A DNA stretch of 64,000 bases from Lama guanicoe (taxonomy: Eukaryota). Both the position numbers and the translations under genes were made by a program. Below are positions 25,019 through 39,712 of the stretch, piece by piece. The first letter of the stretch is position 1. Each line of letters starts with the position of its first letter. The DNA lies in contig MU053810.1 in the NCBI GenBank assembly GCA_013239625.1, positions 815,320 to 879,319 on the forward strand, read 5' to 3'. The notes below the pieces were generated by a model. It was not told the DNA's origin. It saw nothing but the letters and a program-made list of their open reading frames with translations, and searched no databases.

Positions 25019-25363
25019 GTGATTGTCAGAGGCAGGGGATGGGGAATGGGTGAAACCAGTGAAGGGTTTCAAAAGGTAGAAAATTCCAGGTATAAAAGAA
25101 ATAAATCATGCGGTTGTAATATACAGCATGGTGACTATAGTTAATAATATTGTGCTTCACATTTGAAAATTGCTAAGAGAGTAGATTGTAAAAGTTCTCA
25201 TCACAAGGCAAAAAAAGTTTCATAACTACATAATGGTGATGGATATTAACTAGACATTGTGGTGATCATTTCACAATATATACAAATGTCAAATCATTAT
25301 GTTGTAACCCTGGAACTAATGTAATGTTATATGTCGAGTATATCTCAATAAAATTTTAAAAAT
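25016..25363 (+). mobile_element. Old L1 3' end (L1MA9/MB-like)
   Basis: Motifs 'tacagcatggtgactatagttaataat', 'ttgctaagagagtagat' and 'tatctcaataaa'. Confidence 0.85.
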
Positions 25364-28300
25364 GCAATTATCTTTTACAAAATCTATAAGCTCATTGAGA
25401 TACCTTAAAAATCAGATTAACATGTATTGCAAATTAATTTCAAATTAATTAATTATTAATGGACTGATAAAAAATTTTGAAAATCACCACTTAGTAACCA
25501 CCACATTAATGATAGTTTCAGGTAATGCTCATCCATGGGTATTTAAACTAGTGGGTAAAAGTTTAATTAAAAGTGGGATGTTACACTGTCTCAAAATATT
25601 CCTCACTCCCTCTCTAGCCTCCTGGCCCACCCCTCCAAAAAAAAAAAATTTGTCTGCTCAGAGAATTTCCAAGTCCGTTCTCCATTTGTATTTATCTTAA
25701 CACTGTTTAATTACTTTCTAATTTATACACCACCATGTTCCACAAGTAATGTGAAGCAACTCAATTATGAGATTTATGTTTCTTTACATTTACTGTGTTT
25801 TAGCAGGTTTCACTTAGTTCTAATAGTAAGTCTCTGAGATCAGCATTAACAGCCCATTTTTATAGCTAGAGGAACTGCGGGTCACAGAGATTAACTGACT
25901 TGCTCAGCTGAGAGGTGGATATTAACATTGTCTTCTTGTTTGCGGGAAAGCGAAGCTTGGAGCAAAGAAGAAAATTGCTAAAGAAGACATACCCAATTTG
26001 AGTTGTTATTAGAAGCTGGGATTTCAGCTCAGATTTCCCGACCTCAAAGACTGTCATCTAGTGGTGTGGTATATTACCTCCTCAAAATGTTGCTTTTCTG
26101 ATGGTTTTATTCAAGGAAAAATGAGTCATTCAGTCAATTCCTATTTCCAAATCCTATTTTTTTAATAGAACATGGATGCAATTTAGAATTAATTTCAAAT
26201 TCTTCTAACAATATGAAACAATCTATTTTTATTTCTAAAAGATTGATTTATCCAGGGAATTTTCCTTCTGTTTCCTCGTATGATTTTTACCCAATAAATT
26301 CTAAGAGAAAGTTAACTTTGGTAGGAAAACATCTGTTGTTTAATCTGTGGAGAAACCTAAGTCAGTGTAGTTGATTTTTAAGAAAGATCAAAATAATGTG
26401 TTAACCTTTCCTGTTCATCTTGTACCCTCAATGAAAATGTTTTCAACCGACGAAAGAGAATCAATTGCCTGTGACTCAATTTTTTTTCACCACTGAAGTG
26501 CAATTAGTTTCCAATTACATTATAGAAGTTGAAATAAGAATAAAAGAAGTGACAGCGGGAAAATTAACAGTGGATGCTGTCTCTCTTTAAATCTGGGCTT
26601 CATTTATTTGTGAAGATAAGCCCAAGGTTGCTTTGGGAGACGTTTTCTGAGAGCTCTTTATCATGTATATAGATGAAGTAAATACTTGAATGAACTGTCT
26701 GCCTTTTGCTGGATCCTAAAAAGCAGTAAAATAATGATTGGCTGCAAGATTATGAGACTCTAGGAATCAGATATGAACCTGGCACTCTGCAGCTCAGTTC
26801 ACCTCCTCCAGGGGTCACTGGAACCTAGCCTTTCTGTAAGGTCTTCCTCTGTCTGCAGCTGGGAGTGGTGGTCCTTGAGGTATTACACAAACTGCCCTGT
26901 ATCCAGTTGATGTCAGGGATGTAGCACTTCTGAAGTGCTCACATAAGGAGCCTCTAAGAATCTGAAGCCTGGAGCTAATGCCAGTGGCCCACTAACACCG
27001 CTCTTCTGGCCAAGTTAAGCATTTCTTCTCAGCCCAGGTGGTGATGTTATCTGGACAAGATGCCTCTGTGTAACTGCTCGAGATCGGCCACTGAGATGGC
27101 TTGACTTCAGTCTCCTGCAGGAGGTGATGATGGCTTTATGTTTTCACACTCTCATTCTGCTGTGGGAACTCCTCCTAGAATGCAAAACTGATCCCCCAGT
27201 GCCAGCGCGCGTCCTTGAACTGTTCTGTTGGGCCTCAGATCTGAGTGAGAACCTTCCATCTTGCATCAGCCCTTCTCCAAAATTTGATCCTTTTTCCTTA
27301 TATTTCTGACAACCACCTTCCCAGGATTCTGTCACCAGATTAGACATAGGTCTTGTCAAAGCTTTTACAACACATGGATGATAAGCTTTTTTCACTTAAC
27401 TAATGTATGGTGTAGACTTCTGTAAGTATTCTGTGAAGAATTAAATTGGGAATGTTGTTGGACATTGTACAGTTGACTCCATTAAAAATTCATTATGATA
27501 TATCCATTAATAACTAAAGTCTTTGAACAATTACCCCTTAATCACTACATAGCTCAGGGTCTAAAGGTGTTTTTACAAACCGGAAGAGAGTTTATAAACA
27601 AATCACACGTTAGAAAATCCTGGGGAAATTTTGCTTTGTTTGTGTTGAATAATCTGAAGTCTGCCTGCAATGAGATTACAAAGAAACCAAAGACTTAAAT
27701 TGAACAAGAGTTTATATTGCAAGTGGTGCATTATTTTTTTTTTTTAACAGTTCACATTAGAAATTGTATCTGCATTTCAAAGTGATCTCAAAATTACCTG
27801 AGACAAAATTTGGTAGCTGTGAAGAAAATCTTTTGGGACAGGGCAATATTAGAAGAAAAAGGAACAATTCATTTCTTTTCTTTAGGTTGGAGAGGTAATA
27901 TTTCAGAAATGACAGAACTTGCAGATAGAAAGTTTTAACTTTGTTATATACAATAGACAATTTATTCTCAATATTTTGGAATTTGATACCTACGTTAACT
28001 TCATAATCATTTTACTTTATTTTATAGAACCTCTGAGTTTCAGATACTGTGGTGGTATTTACACTACAGTAGCACTGAGTTTAAGTGGTCCTAATGTGCT
28101 TTGTATTCCTAAAGTACACTGATTACCATATTATCTTCTGCTTATATGTGACAATTTTAGCTGTTTCCCAAATCTCCTAGGGAAATAACTGTACTCATAA
28201 CTTATAAAACTGATCTCACACACACACATCAATGAAACATGCATTGCTGATTTTTAACTCTGAAAGATTTATGTAAGCATTTTAATGAACTAACCTATAT

Positions 28301-30080
28301 ATCTTTGTTACTTTTGTTAGTTATCAATGTCCTAAATATGTTTATTGTTTAATATTTGTTAACCAAGAGGGAAATTTCAAAGTTATACCTTATTATATAT
28401 CATCCTGGGAGAGATTGGGACTTTTTTTCAATAAACCATTGTCAGATTGTCACTTCTTGCAATGCACTTTCAAGTTTGTTAGTTATGCGTTTGTGTTTTA
28501 GGTGTATGGTAATTTTATGTGAGGTTCTATTTCTGAAAAAAAAAGCTTTATTTTAATAAACATTTCCTTACATTATGGAAGACTGAGAGCAGTATTTGAT
28601 GTCACAGAATGAGCATAGATTTTGAGGTCTGTGTCTGGCTCTACTGTTCACTAAATGTGTAGCCCCAGGAAAACACTGTATCTCTGCAAACTTTAAATAG
28701 ATCAAATCTAAAATGAGTAGAATATTACCTATCAAATAGAGTTATTATTTGTGTTGATTAAATAAAATATGTGTGATGACTGCAACAAAGAGATTCAAAA
28801 AACTGGCTTTTCTATCTTGGGGTCAATGCTGCACATTAGCTCAAGTTTATTTAATCTGTGAATCAAGAACTAAAGGAGTCTACAATTTATGCCAAAAGCT
28901 GAATAAAAGACTTTATGGTTAGAGCCTTCATGGCAGTTTTCTAAAGGTTCATGGTGAGAATGGTAATTTCAGGATAACTCTCTCCACCCCATTTACTTTC
29001 ACTGTGTGGCAATCCGGGACCAGTTGCAGACAAGGAGGAAAGGAACCACCTTAGCTGAGAGGAGGCACTCTCTTTTTCTGTCAAAGAAAGTTTTTAGATG
29101 AAGGATGCTTCTGTTTTTGTATTTTGAAAACCTCTGCCTCTGCAAGATGCCATGATAAGCACTGTGCATAATTATATTAAAATGATAGAGTTCTTAGAAA
29201 CTGGGAGACACAGAGTTAAGACTGATTTAAACTGAAAGCAGCACACAAACAATGGATGCTCAAGAACTTACTATTTTTCGTGTTTTTCTAAGCCCCACTG
29301 AGACAAATGATTTCTATGGAGGGTTGTTTGAAGCAACTCATTCTTTTCTGTGAATTAAGCCAGAACATCAAAGAGCCACGCAGTGGTCCATTGTTGTTTT
29401 GGTTTCCTTACAGAATTTCTTTTAAATTTCTTCTGTATATACCCTTCAGTAAATTACACTGTAAGATGCATATATTTGCACTTTTATTGTGAGCAGTTGG
29501 GAAAGTAGTTGAAGGTACCGTCCACTGCATCCCTCAGTGGCCCTCGTAAGGAAGAACCGAGACACACATAGGGAATTATAGACTTAAGCATTATTCCTTT
29601 GGAGGACTTGTTGGCCATCAGGATGCTCTAGAATTAATTTGTGGCCCAATTTTTATGACTTTAGTACCTATAACATACAACTATATTCTAATGCTTTAGT
29701 CTTAGAGTTCAGGTATATCTATAGTTTTCTGAACTTGTTTTATATTCACTTGTTTATAGTTTATTTTATTGAATTAAGTTAACTTTGTCAGTTTGTCATT
29801 ATTTGTCAGTTCTCCATACCTTTTTGTTTTGGTGTATATGTAAATAGATAATTCCTCTAAATAATATTTCTTTTATTGCCAACATTCTGGTGACACTAGT
29901 TCACTTTTGTATTAATTCCCTAGGAATATTTTAGTTTAGAATTCAGTGTTATATTTTCAACATATTAAGGATAATTAAGGAGAAATGACATGGAAGTATG
30001 CAAAGGTTGGAAAGCTTAGTAATGGTAGCTCTCAGAGAAGACAGGATATGAATGAAATAACTACTCATTTAAGTAGAATT

Positions 30081-30136
30081 GTCTCTTTTTTGGAGGCATA
30101 ATTAGATTTATTTATTTTTTAATGGAGGTACTGGGG
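30081..30136 (-). mobile_element. 5'-truncated tRNA-derived SINE tail, camelid-type
   Basis: Minus strand reads ccccagtacctccattaaaaaataaataaatctaatta..., matching my recollection of the camelid SINE 3' end. 16-bp TSD with two mismatches: tcatttaagtagaatt (30065-30080) and tcttttatgtagaatt (30137-30152). Confidence 0.7.
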
Positions 30137-31255
30137 TCTTTTATGTAGAATTCAAACTATTCTTTATAGTTTCAAATAGCCAGCCTTTTAAGAAAAAAAA
30201 AACCAGCCAGTTTTTCCAAAATAAAAATACTATACATGACAAAAAAGAGTATTTCCAAGGTTATAAATCCTAATGCTTAAAACTAAGTACTTTGCGCATT
30301 TGCCAACTTCCCTCCTCACCAGTAACTAACCCCTCCTACCATTTAGATAATAAAAATATGTCTTGCTGCTAGGAATTGGTGAAAGTACCACTTAATTAAA
30401 GAATAGCTTTTGAAATGAATTTCATTTAATCACTTCCCTTAAGCTTAATTCTTGACTCATGTCCTTTGTGCCATTCTTTCATATTTCCCATTGCTTGAAG
30501 CAAATTTATGGTTGTTATTTAGAGTTATCTAAAACATATTAATATTTATTCATTTTAATTGTGTATTGGGTACTATGCTAAAGAGTAAAAGGATGGTATT
30601 AATATTCTTAATGATCATTGGTTCTTGCTGTAGTTACTCTGCCATCTTTAAAACACTTTTTTATTTGTTTTCCATTCTATCTTAGTTCACTCCTACTGCA
30701 CTGTCTTTCTTTTCCAATTTACCTCCCTGGCATTTCTTATTTCCTTGGCCTTTGAAACTGCAATGTCCCCGGGATCAAGCTTTGGACCTTTTCTCTATTT
30801 ACACCAATGATCTTGAAGATCTAATATGCTCTTATAATTTAAATATTAAAAACTAATAAATATTACTATCTTGTGGTTTAAATATACATCAAATATTATA
30901 TATTATATGGTTTAAACATCTCCAGCCCAGACCATGCCCCTAAAATGCAATCTTACATGTCTGGCAAGATGACATTTATACTTGGATCTCAAACATTGCA
31001 TTTTTTAAACTGAGCTCTTGATTTTTCCCCACAGCCTGATCTTCTCGGTGTTCTCCAGCTCAATTCCATCCTTCTAGTCACTCAGGCCAAAAATCTTAGA
31101 GTCATGTTTGACTAGTCTCTTAAGCTCCCATTCCAAATGCAATCTACCAGCAAATTCCATCGGTTCATTTTCAAGATATACCAAGGTTCCGACATTGTCT
31201 CCACTCTGATCAAAACCATCATCATATTTCCCTTGGATTATGGCAGTAGCCCCCC

Positions 31256-31637
31256 TGTGCTAGTTGTGACATAAACTGCTGTATCGAACAACTCCAAAAT
31301 CTCAGTGGCTTAGTGCAACAAAGGTTGATTACTTCACCCACAGGCTCTGACCTACATGGTCATTCAGGGACCCACGATTCTTCTATCTGTTGGATCCATC
31401 CTTCTCTGTGATGTGGAATTCTCTACTGGATTCCCTGCACGTAGCAGAGAATGTGGACCATTTGTGAGTTTTCTTGCCAGGACTGGATGCCACATACATT
31501 ACTTCTGACTGCTTCCCATTGTCTAGACATCAGTCACAAGGTCTTATCTAACTGCAAGAGAAGATAAGAAATTGCATTGAGCTGTGTATACAAGGAGGAA
31601 ATAAAATTATTTGGTGAACACACAGCAGTGACAGCCA
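31256..31637 (-). mobile_element. MLT1J-like MaLR LTR nested in L2
   Basis: Motifs 'ccaaaatctcagtggctta...caacaaaggtt' and 'cccattgtctagacatcagtcacaagg...ctaactgcaag'. Confidence 0.7.
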
Positions 31638-31965
31638 TCTTGTTACAATGTAAGCATCAAATCACATTGCTCAAAACATTCCAAAGTCTTAACTTTTCAC
31701 TTGGAAAAACAGCTAAATCTGTATAATGGGTTAAGAGGTCTTACCTGATCTGGCTACTATTATCTCTTTCACCTTATTTTCTACTGTTCTTCCCCTTATT
31801 CACTCTCTCCCGTCACTCTGACTTCTTTGCTGGTGCTTGAACGTGCCAAGTATTTTCTATCTCAGGGCCTTTGTACTTGCCATTTATTCTGCCCACAATA
31901 TGTTTCCTCTAGGTATCTGCATGGCATTCTGCCTTTTCTTTTTTGTATCTTGGCTCAACTGTTGC

Positions 31966-32305
31966 ATTTTTTAACTGAAGTATAGTCGATTTACAATGTT
32001 GTGTTAGTTTCTGCATAGTGATTCAGCTACACATATGTATATATGTATATTCTTTGTCATAATAGGTTATTACAAGCTATTGAATATATAGTTCCCTGTG
32101 CTATGTGGTAGGATCTTATTGTTTATCTATTTTATACATATTGTAGTTTGTATCTGCTAATCCCAAACTCCTAATTTATCTCTCCCCCACCCTCCCCTTT
32201 TGGTAACTGTAAGTTTGTTTTCTATGTCTGTGAGTCCATTTCTGTTTTGTAGATAAGTTCATTTGTGTCATTTTTTTTAGATTCCACTTATAAGTGATAT
32301 CATAT
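31966..32305 (-). mobile_element. L1 3' UTR fragment nested in L2
   Basis: 'ttaactgaagtatagtcgatttacaatgttgtgttagtttctg...tagattccacttataagtgatatcata'. Flanks aactgttgc/aacgttgc resemble a TSD. Confidence 0.88.
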
Positions 32306-33909
32306 AAACGTTGCTTTCTCAGTGAGTCCATTCCTTCTCACCCAGATTAAATTTGCAACCATCAGCCTTAGTACTCCTTATTTTGCTTTTTTGCTTAATT
32401 TTCTTTTCATAGCTCTTATCACTTTCTGTTGTCTCTCTCTTCAGACTAGACTATAAGCTCTGACAGGGTAGGGGTCTTGTTTGTTTTGTTCACTGCTGTA
32501 CCCTCAGCTCTAGGAGTAGTGCCTGGCATTTAGTAGATACTGAATAATAATTACAGTAAATGTAATCATGTTAAAACAATAATAATAATAATGATTTGTT
32601 GAATGAATAAATTCCCCATTTCCAAGGGCTTTAAAATAAAGCTAGAAAGACAGATAACTATAATACCTCACTGTAAGACACAGAAACCAAGAATTATGGA
32701 AACAGGGAAAAGACTGATGTGTTCTACCTGGAAGCCCAGAGACTTCACAGTGAGGGCAATGTTGGATGTGGGCATTGAAGAATGAATAGGAGTTTTCAGT
32801 AAAGGGCATTCTAGGAAGAAAAATAGCACAAACAAGGGCTTGGAAGCAGGAGTATTGTGACATTTAGGAAAAACTGAGGAATCTGAGGGGTCTGGAGACG
32901 AACACGTGTGTGCATATTTAAAATGGGGTTATTAGGCTAAAATGTTAGGTTAGTCCAAAAGTGATCGGTGTTGTAATGCATTTGGATTTTGGATCTTTTG
33001 GCAGTAGAGAAACCTGGCAGTTTTTAGTAGGAGTGTGATGAGTCTTAGTGTGCATGTATGAGAGATAAACTGGGTGAAGTGTAGGAAAACTGAAGGCAGG
33101 TGGCAGGGAACTTAATGAGGGGCTATTCACAACAGAGCAAGATGAACACCTGATCTAAGACATTCAACCAGGGCTCATATGGACAAATCTACTCAGCCTC
33201 AAGGATTTTATCAAATAAATTGCTGTCCCATCTCTAAATGGCAGGGAAGAGAAGTCTGCATACATGTGGTTAACCCTTTAGGCCATCGAGATCCTTACGG
33301 ACATTGGCTTTGTTAAGCATTCTATACCTCCATCTATGTAAAAATGGCTTCTAATGCTTTCCATGGCCATTATAGTCAGGGGTCTCAAAGTCCAAATCTC
33401 AAGCATCTTCTTGTGAAGATACTATTTTGTGAGCAAGAACAGATGTGGACATTTCCATTACTGAATGTTGACAAATTATTTGGTTTTGAATTTGATCCTT
33501 GATTCATCAGGCTAATTTGGCTTCTCTCAAATGAACACCATGATCCGTGAATGATTTATGTCATTATTGACTTTATTCCATGCCATTTAAAAATTATTTA
33601 TTGAATGCCCGTGGCATTCACTTTGTAAGGCACTACAAGGCATACAAACATGGCTAATACTGAGAGAAAAGCGTTCAAGTCACAGTGGCTGTTTAACATT
33701 GCCTTGGCTCATTACACACATCCTCATAATAAAGTGATAATAAAAACTTGCGGGCCTTGCAGATAATGCTTGTAATAGGATTGCTTCTCTGGCATTTGTG
33801 CTTGTATTAAATTTCTAAATCTGAATTGAGTCATTTCCAGAAGATGATCTTTTTGTTTTTGTTGTCCGTAAATGATCTGAAATAGTATGTGGTGCCAGAT
33901 ATACTAAGT

Positions 33910-33955
33910 TTGTGTGTGTGTGTGTGTGTGTGCGTGCACGCATGCATGTGCGTGC
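33910..33955. repeat. (TG)n microsatellite with alternating purine-pyrimidine tail
   Basis: Seen directly. Confidence 0.95.
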
Positions 33956-35024
33956 TTATATCCTAGCTAAGGTACAGGATTGATGAGAAACTCAACTGCA
34001 ACCAAGTGAATACTAAGAAACCAAGACCATCCCTGAGTTTTCAATTGACATAATATATTTATCCCTCGAGAGAGTACAAAATCTGGAAAAATACCTTGTT
34101 TTGTTTTTAATGATAGAGCTGTTTCTTATTAATGATTTTTCTCTGTTCGATATATGCATACATTAATAGTGAAGAAATGTAAAAACCCAGGCTTACAAGG
34201 AAATTGCATATGTGAATACTCCTCTAAACATTATGATGAATGTGTCTTGTTCCAGCACTGGGGAAATTGGTGATCAAAAGCATCTGAGCCTGGATTGTAA
34301 TCCCTCTGTGAGTTCATTTCACGCTGAGCAGTAGAACTCGATAAAATATACTTGACTACATTCTGGGCACTGATGGTATTTCATTTTTGTGGGTGTTCTT
34401 AGCTTCACTGGACTTAGAAATAGCTGTGTTCTGGGAGTGTATATAACAGCCTTCTCAGGCCCTTCTCAGCTTCTCTATTTTAGCTGCAGAAACCCTCACA
34501 GCTTCGGTGGCAGCTTCTCACTTTCCCTCCATCCTTCCTAGTATAACCTGGGCACTCTGAACCCAGGAACTTTTTTGGAATCCTGAACTTAACTGCCTAA
34601 TACACGGCTGCAGATACTTCTCTCTTAGATTCATTTTTCTATAATCATTAAATTAAAAAGGCTCCATCTCCTATTGGTTGCTCACTTTCAGTTTTCTTTG
34701 GAAGAAAATACTTTGGGTCTAAAAAGTTTAAGTGAAAAAAATTTTTTTTTTCAGTTGTTGTAAGCCTTCCGGGTTAGCAGAGGACGCATACTTGCATTAT
34801 TTTGGAGTTTAAACAAGTGGAAAATGCTCTTCATTAAAAAAATGAACTGGCTTATTCATTTTGTTGTTCATTTGGGGAAAGCGCTATTTCGTTTTGAAAG
34901 GACTTTTGGTATTTCCAACAAAATATGTAATCATGGGTACAGAAGGGTGAGCTGATGATCACTGAGGACGTTGCTAAATCTCATGGGGATGGACCCAAGA
35001 ATCAGCTTGTTTTTTTAAAAAAAA

Positions 35025-35333
35025 TTTTTTTTCAGATTTATTGAGGCATAATAAACACAGAACATTTTAAGATATTTAAATGGTGACTTGATACACATAT
35101 ACATTGTGAAACGGTTCCCACAGCGAGTTAATTAACACATCTATTACCTGGCCATTTTCTCTTTCTCTCTCTCTTTGGTGAGGCTATTTAAGTCCTACCG
35201 TCTTATGAGAGTTCAGTTATGCAAGACGGTGTTGTCAACTATAGTCACCGTGTGTAACATTAGATCCTCAGATCGTATTCATCTTATACCAACCTCTCCC
35301 TATTTCTGAACCCCTCTGCCCACCCAGCCCCTG
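35025..35333 (-). mobile_element. Old L1 3' end (L1MA9-like)
   Basis: Motifs 'tttattgaggcataat', 'ttaattaacacatctattacct' and 'caactatagtcaccgtgtgtaacattagatcctcaga'. Confidence 0.8.
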
Positions 35334-35954
35334 GTTAGAAAATTAGATTGATGTTTTAGATGACAGTAATTTGCTGTAGAAGCTCAAAGAATTGCATCAT
35401 ATGTTCTAAGATTTTGATTTTTAGAAGACCGCTTTAAATAAAAAGTCACTCAATTGGACTAAATTGTTTTCCAGGATACACACATTTAGCAACATTCATT
35501 ATGTTGTTCAATATTCTTAATGAAGTTACTGGCAGGAAACTCTTGGTCTTCTGAAAACAGGAAACAAATTGGAGGCAATCATATTTTTTCTTTCCCATTT
35601 CATGAATAATTTTATTATTTTTGTGGGAAGACAAATGTTAAATTTTGTGCTTAGCCGCTTTTATATCAAGAAGTAAAAAATATATTTTCTTCACAGCTTT
35701 AAGGCTGACATTTTTATAAAGGAAGTATACCTTAAAGATTCCTTTAAAAATATGCTTTAAAGACTGTCATGGAAATGGTAGGATTGAGAAAAATATCTAT
35801 TTGGCTTTTTTTCCCTTTGACTTTATAATGATTTTATAATGAAGCTGCACATTGACTTTATAATAAAGCTACACAACTCTGATATTTGCCAAGGGATAAT
35901 ATAAGAATGGATGTTTTTACATCTTTGAAAATATAAAAGCTGCTTGAAATCTTT

Positions 35955-37850
35955 TCTATACAAAAACCTTCTCTTGACTTTTCATCTCCCATGAGTTCTT
36001 GTCCTGTTTCTCTGCCTCCCTCACTAGCAAACGTCTTTAAAATTGTAGTCAATACTTTCTGCCTTCTCATTCTCTGCAGAACCCCTCCAAGAGGGCCTTC
36101 TTTCTGCAACATCCATCACCTGTTCCTCATCCATGTCCCCCATGTTGGTAAATTCAGTGGTCACTTTCCAGTCCTCACCTTGCTGATGGAGCAGAAGTGT
36201 TTGACATCATTGGTTTCTCCTTCCCCTTTGAAACTGTGTCTGCACTCGGCCATCACGAGAATATCATTCCCTATTTATTTGCATCTGCCAAATTGGGCTG
36301 CTGCTTCTCTGTTTTTGCTGGCTCCTACTCAGCTATATGACCTCAAATATTGGGAGTTTCTTGGGATATAGTTGTTGGCTCCTTCCTCTTCTCTGTCTAT
36401 ATTCACCCAATTGGCTTACCTCACCTTGACCCAGAGATTGGACTCTCAAATGTTATCTTTTATTTCCCTTAAGCCCCATATTTCAAGTTATCACAAAATT
36501 CTGTCAGCTTTCCTTTCAAACTATATTCTAATTTTGAGCTATCAATGAACTATTTTTAGTCCAAGCCTCTATCATCTCTCACTTGTTCTGCTGCACAGGG
36601 TTTCTAATGTGTCTCCCAGCTTCCCTCTTGCTCTGTGGTCATCCCTTACCCCATCCCAATAATAGCTTACATTTTCCACTCAGAATGAAACACCAAGTGC
36701 TTACCGTGGCAAGTAATATTCTCTATGAAATGGTTTTTTTTTTACCTGTTCCTCTCTCTGCATCTCTTGTCAGTCTTGGCCTCCTTCATTCTACTTCAGC
36801 AACACTTGGGTCCCCATGGCATCCTGTCATGCTGAATGCACTCGAGCCTGGGCTCCCAGTGGTGCTTCAGCCTGAAGCACTTTGATCAGCTAGCCTTATA
36901 ACTCACTCTCTTACTTCATTCAGGCTTTCTATACAATATCATCTAATTCAAGAGCCTTCCTCTGAAACTTTATCAAACAGAGAAGCCGTGCCACTCCCCC
37001 CCCCCTTTTTTTAAGGGGAAGTAGAAACAAAATTTACTTCATGCACATGGAGGTCCCATAGAAGTGGTACCTAAGAAATGTCCTGAGCAGGCAGCTTTCA
37101 TACTTTTTTAGACAAAGAAACAATAACTCTGTGAGGCATACACAGGGCAAAGAAGTAGGTTTTGGATGCTTAATTAGTGAAGAATCTAAACAGAGGTTGG
37201 GCTTGAGGTAGTAAATTTAAGGAGGTAACAAGGTTTACTGATGGAGGCTTCTGGGCGCCGAATTCCCCGTTTCTGAGGATAAGGGCATGCTTCTACCTGA
37301 GGTTACAGGAAGCACACCTTTCACGTGGGAGAGTTCCTGCTTTTTAGGGAGACAGAGGAGGTTCATTGTTTCCTTTTTACATTGTCTGCTTCTCAAGCAA
37401 CTTCAGTTCAAAATAATATCCCCTTGTGGCATAATTTGGGGCAGTACATCCTGAGAACCAAAAGTTCTCTCCTCCAAAACTTTCCTGGAAGTTTCACATA
37501 TTAAAAGCTGTGCTGGTGGCAATGATCGTACAGGCTCTTCCTCATTGAGTGGTCGTGTGTCCAGAGTACGTTGATTTTGGAGAAGCACACCTTCTGACTC
37601 CCTGCTAGCTTTTAAGTTACTATCTGTTCTCTTTCCTGCCTTTATTTTCCTTAGAGTAACACTAACACTAATCACCTCTTGATTCACTTGACTGATCATT
37701 GCCTTTCTCCAGTAGAATGTAGGCTCCCTAAAAGCAGGAATTTAGCACCCCCATCTTTTTTTTTTTTTTTTTGCATGTATAACCTCAGTGTCAGAAGAGT
37801 GCCTGACTTGGAGCAGGTCAATACATTTTTTTCCAATGAACAAACAGAAG
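35955..37850 (+). mobile_element. Fragmented L2 LINE interrupted by an LTR
   Basis: Pyrimidine-rich L2 body ('aaattcagtggtcacttt...ttgaca'), ending 'tagaatgtaggctccc...gtgcctgac...aatgaac'. Confidence 0.65.
37015..37460 (-). mobile_element. MER34-family ERV1 LTR fragment
   Basis: Minus strand begins 'caggatgtactgccccaaattatgccac...attattttgaactgaagttgcttgagaagcag', like the recalled MER34/MER39 5' end. Confidence 0.7.
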
Positions 37851-39712
37851 AAATAGTAGATGGTTTTTAGTGTATAGCTATGGAAGTGTTTGAGTCTCTG
37901 ATTTATAATCTACATCCGATATAAAATGCTGGTTGTGGCTAAAGGAATTAGTCAGCTCCATGACCCTTTACCCTGAGAATTCTTTGCTTCTTTGCTGAGC
38001 TCATATACAGCAATGGAAGGTTCTTTCTAAATTTGTTTTGCAAGAAGTGTCTCCTGCTTGGAGTTCTGTTGGAAAACTAACCCAGCACTGCTGAGAAACA
38101 TGGTTGCCATGAAACTTCCTCTGCAATACCACTGAAGACCCCCCTGCTCCAACAGTGATAGATCAGGCATGGAACGAGACCAGTACTGTTTGGCCATCTC
38201 TTCAGGAGAGCAGAGTGTATTTTCAACTCCATTAAATTATCTTCTGGAACCTCATTTTGCAGAATCATCACTTTGTTATTTTATGGGAAGCTGCTCTCAA
38301 GCAGGGATATATTGGAAATGTTTCCTCTGTGGCCAGATTGTCCAAATCTGACTTTGGAGGTAATATTTTTACTGGCTATTTAGTGCTTATCAAAATCACT
38401 TGCAGCCAAAATAAAATGTCAATCAGAGGCATATATTATCCTGCTAGAAATTCAAGATTTTATAGGATTTTTGTGATGTATATCTCTGCACTATACAGTT
38501 TGACAGAAATTAAATTAAATCTGCCATGTCAAGTAAATCCTGAGGATGGAAAAATATAGATAATTTTCAGAATTTGATAAGGATACGTTCTTCTCTAGTA
38601 GTGAATGCCACAGTCAAAATAAAATAAATACTTTTAAAGATTATTTGAGATAAGAATTGCTTTTAGTAAAAGATGGCATTAAAGCTAATGACAATCAAAG
38701 AAGCAAAGTCATAATAGAACAGACATTACAACAGGAAGATGATTAAAATTCTCCAAATGAGCTTTATAAATTATGAGATTAATGTGAAAATTAGTGTTAC
38801 ATGCTATGTCATTTGTTAAAAATATTCCATATTTAGTAGGCAAGGTAATTGTTAGACTTTTTGTGATATATCATAAACATACATTAGGTTAGAATAGACA
38901 AGATATCGTCATATGAGACTTAATTTGGAAAAATGTAAAGAGTTGTTACATCATTCAATAAACAAATTTTTTTCTAAATTCCATGCCCCCCCCAAAAAAG
39001 TTCATTCAAGATAGAAGCATTAAACTAAAAAAAAAAAGAGTAGTTACAAATGGAAACATTATAATGGAATATTATATATTACTATAATACCATTAAAGAC
39101 ATTCCATAAAATTGTATTTTTTAACTTAAAGTAGCTATGAGAGTCAAAAATTAATAGAAATAAATCTGAACATTCTGATACATAAATTGCATTCATTTTC
39201 TAGTCTTTATTTATACCCATACATATTTTAAACTGACAATTATGACATTCAATTTTATATTGACAATTTTTACTTAAAATAATATATTTCTATTATCTTA
39301 TATAATCTTTATGAATATCATTTTTAATGATCTCTTACTAGTCCATTCAGTGGATTGCTTTAATTTGCTTAACTTTTTTCAGGCTGCATTCAATCGCATT
39401 CTGTTTCCTTCCTGAGAAGTCACTTTTTCAAAAAAAATAATATTTAGGTAGAATAAATAACTCCCTGTGTGGTATGTTGGGAGTAGTGCTAAAAAATATT
39501 TTTCATTTCAAATTTCCATGCAACGTTATCATTCGTCATTATACCTTGGCCTGAATCAGTTAGCATATTAGTTCTAGCCAGAGTATGGGACATGAACATA
39601 ACGCTTGAATCCAAGCTCTCTCTGGGAGACTAGATCTGGTGGGTTGACACTGAGGACAGACTCCTGTGTGAGAATGGACACTCCAAAAGGATGACAGAAG
39701 GAAACTTATTTT

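Larger units (their letters stand above)
30740..32555 (+). mobile_element. L2 LINE with nested MLT1 and L1 insertions
   Basis: L2 body motifs 'catctccagcccagacc', 'caggccaaaaatcttagagtcat' and 'ctcagggcctttgtacttgc', and tail 'gtgcctggcatttagtagatact'. Confidence 0.8.

Noticed and set aside
25850..26050. Apparent foreign insertion within a MIR
   Set aside because: Better explained as two adjacent degenerate MIR fragments.
27870..27900. Possible 9-nt microexon (tttcttttctttag|GTTGGAGAG|gtaata)
   Set aside because: The donor is weak, there is no upstream TGC motif, and no host gene was identified; such matches are common in AT-rich DNA.
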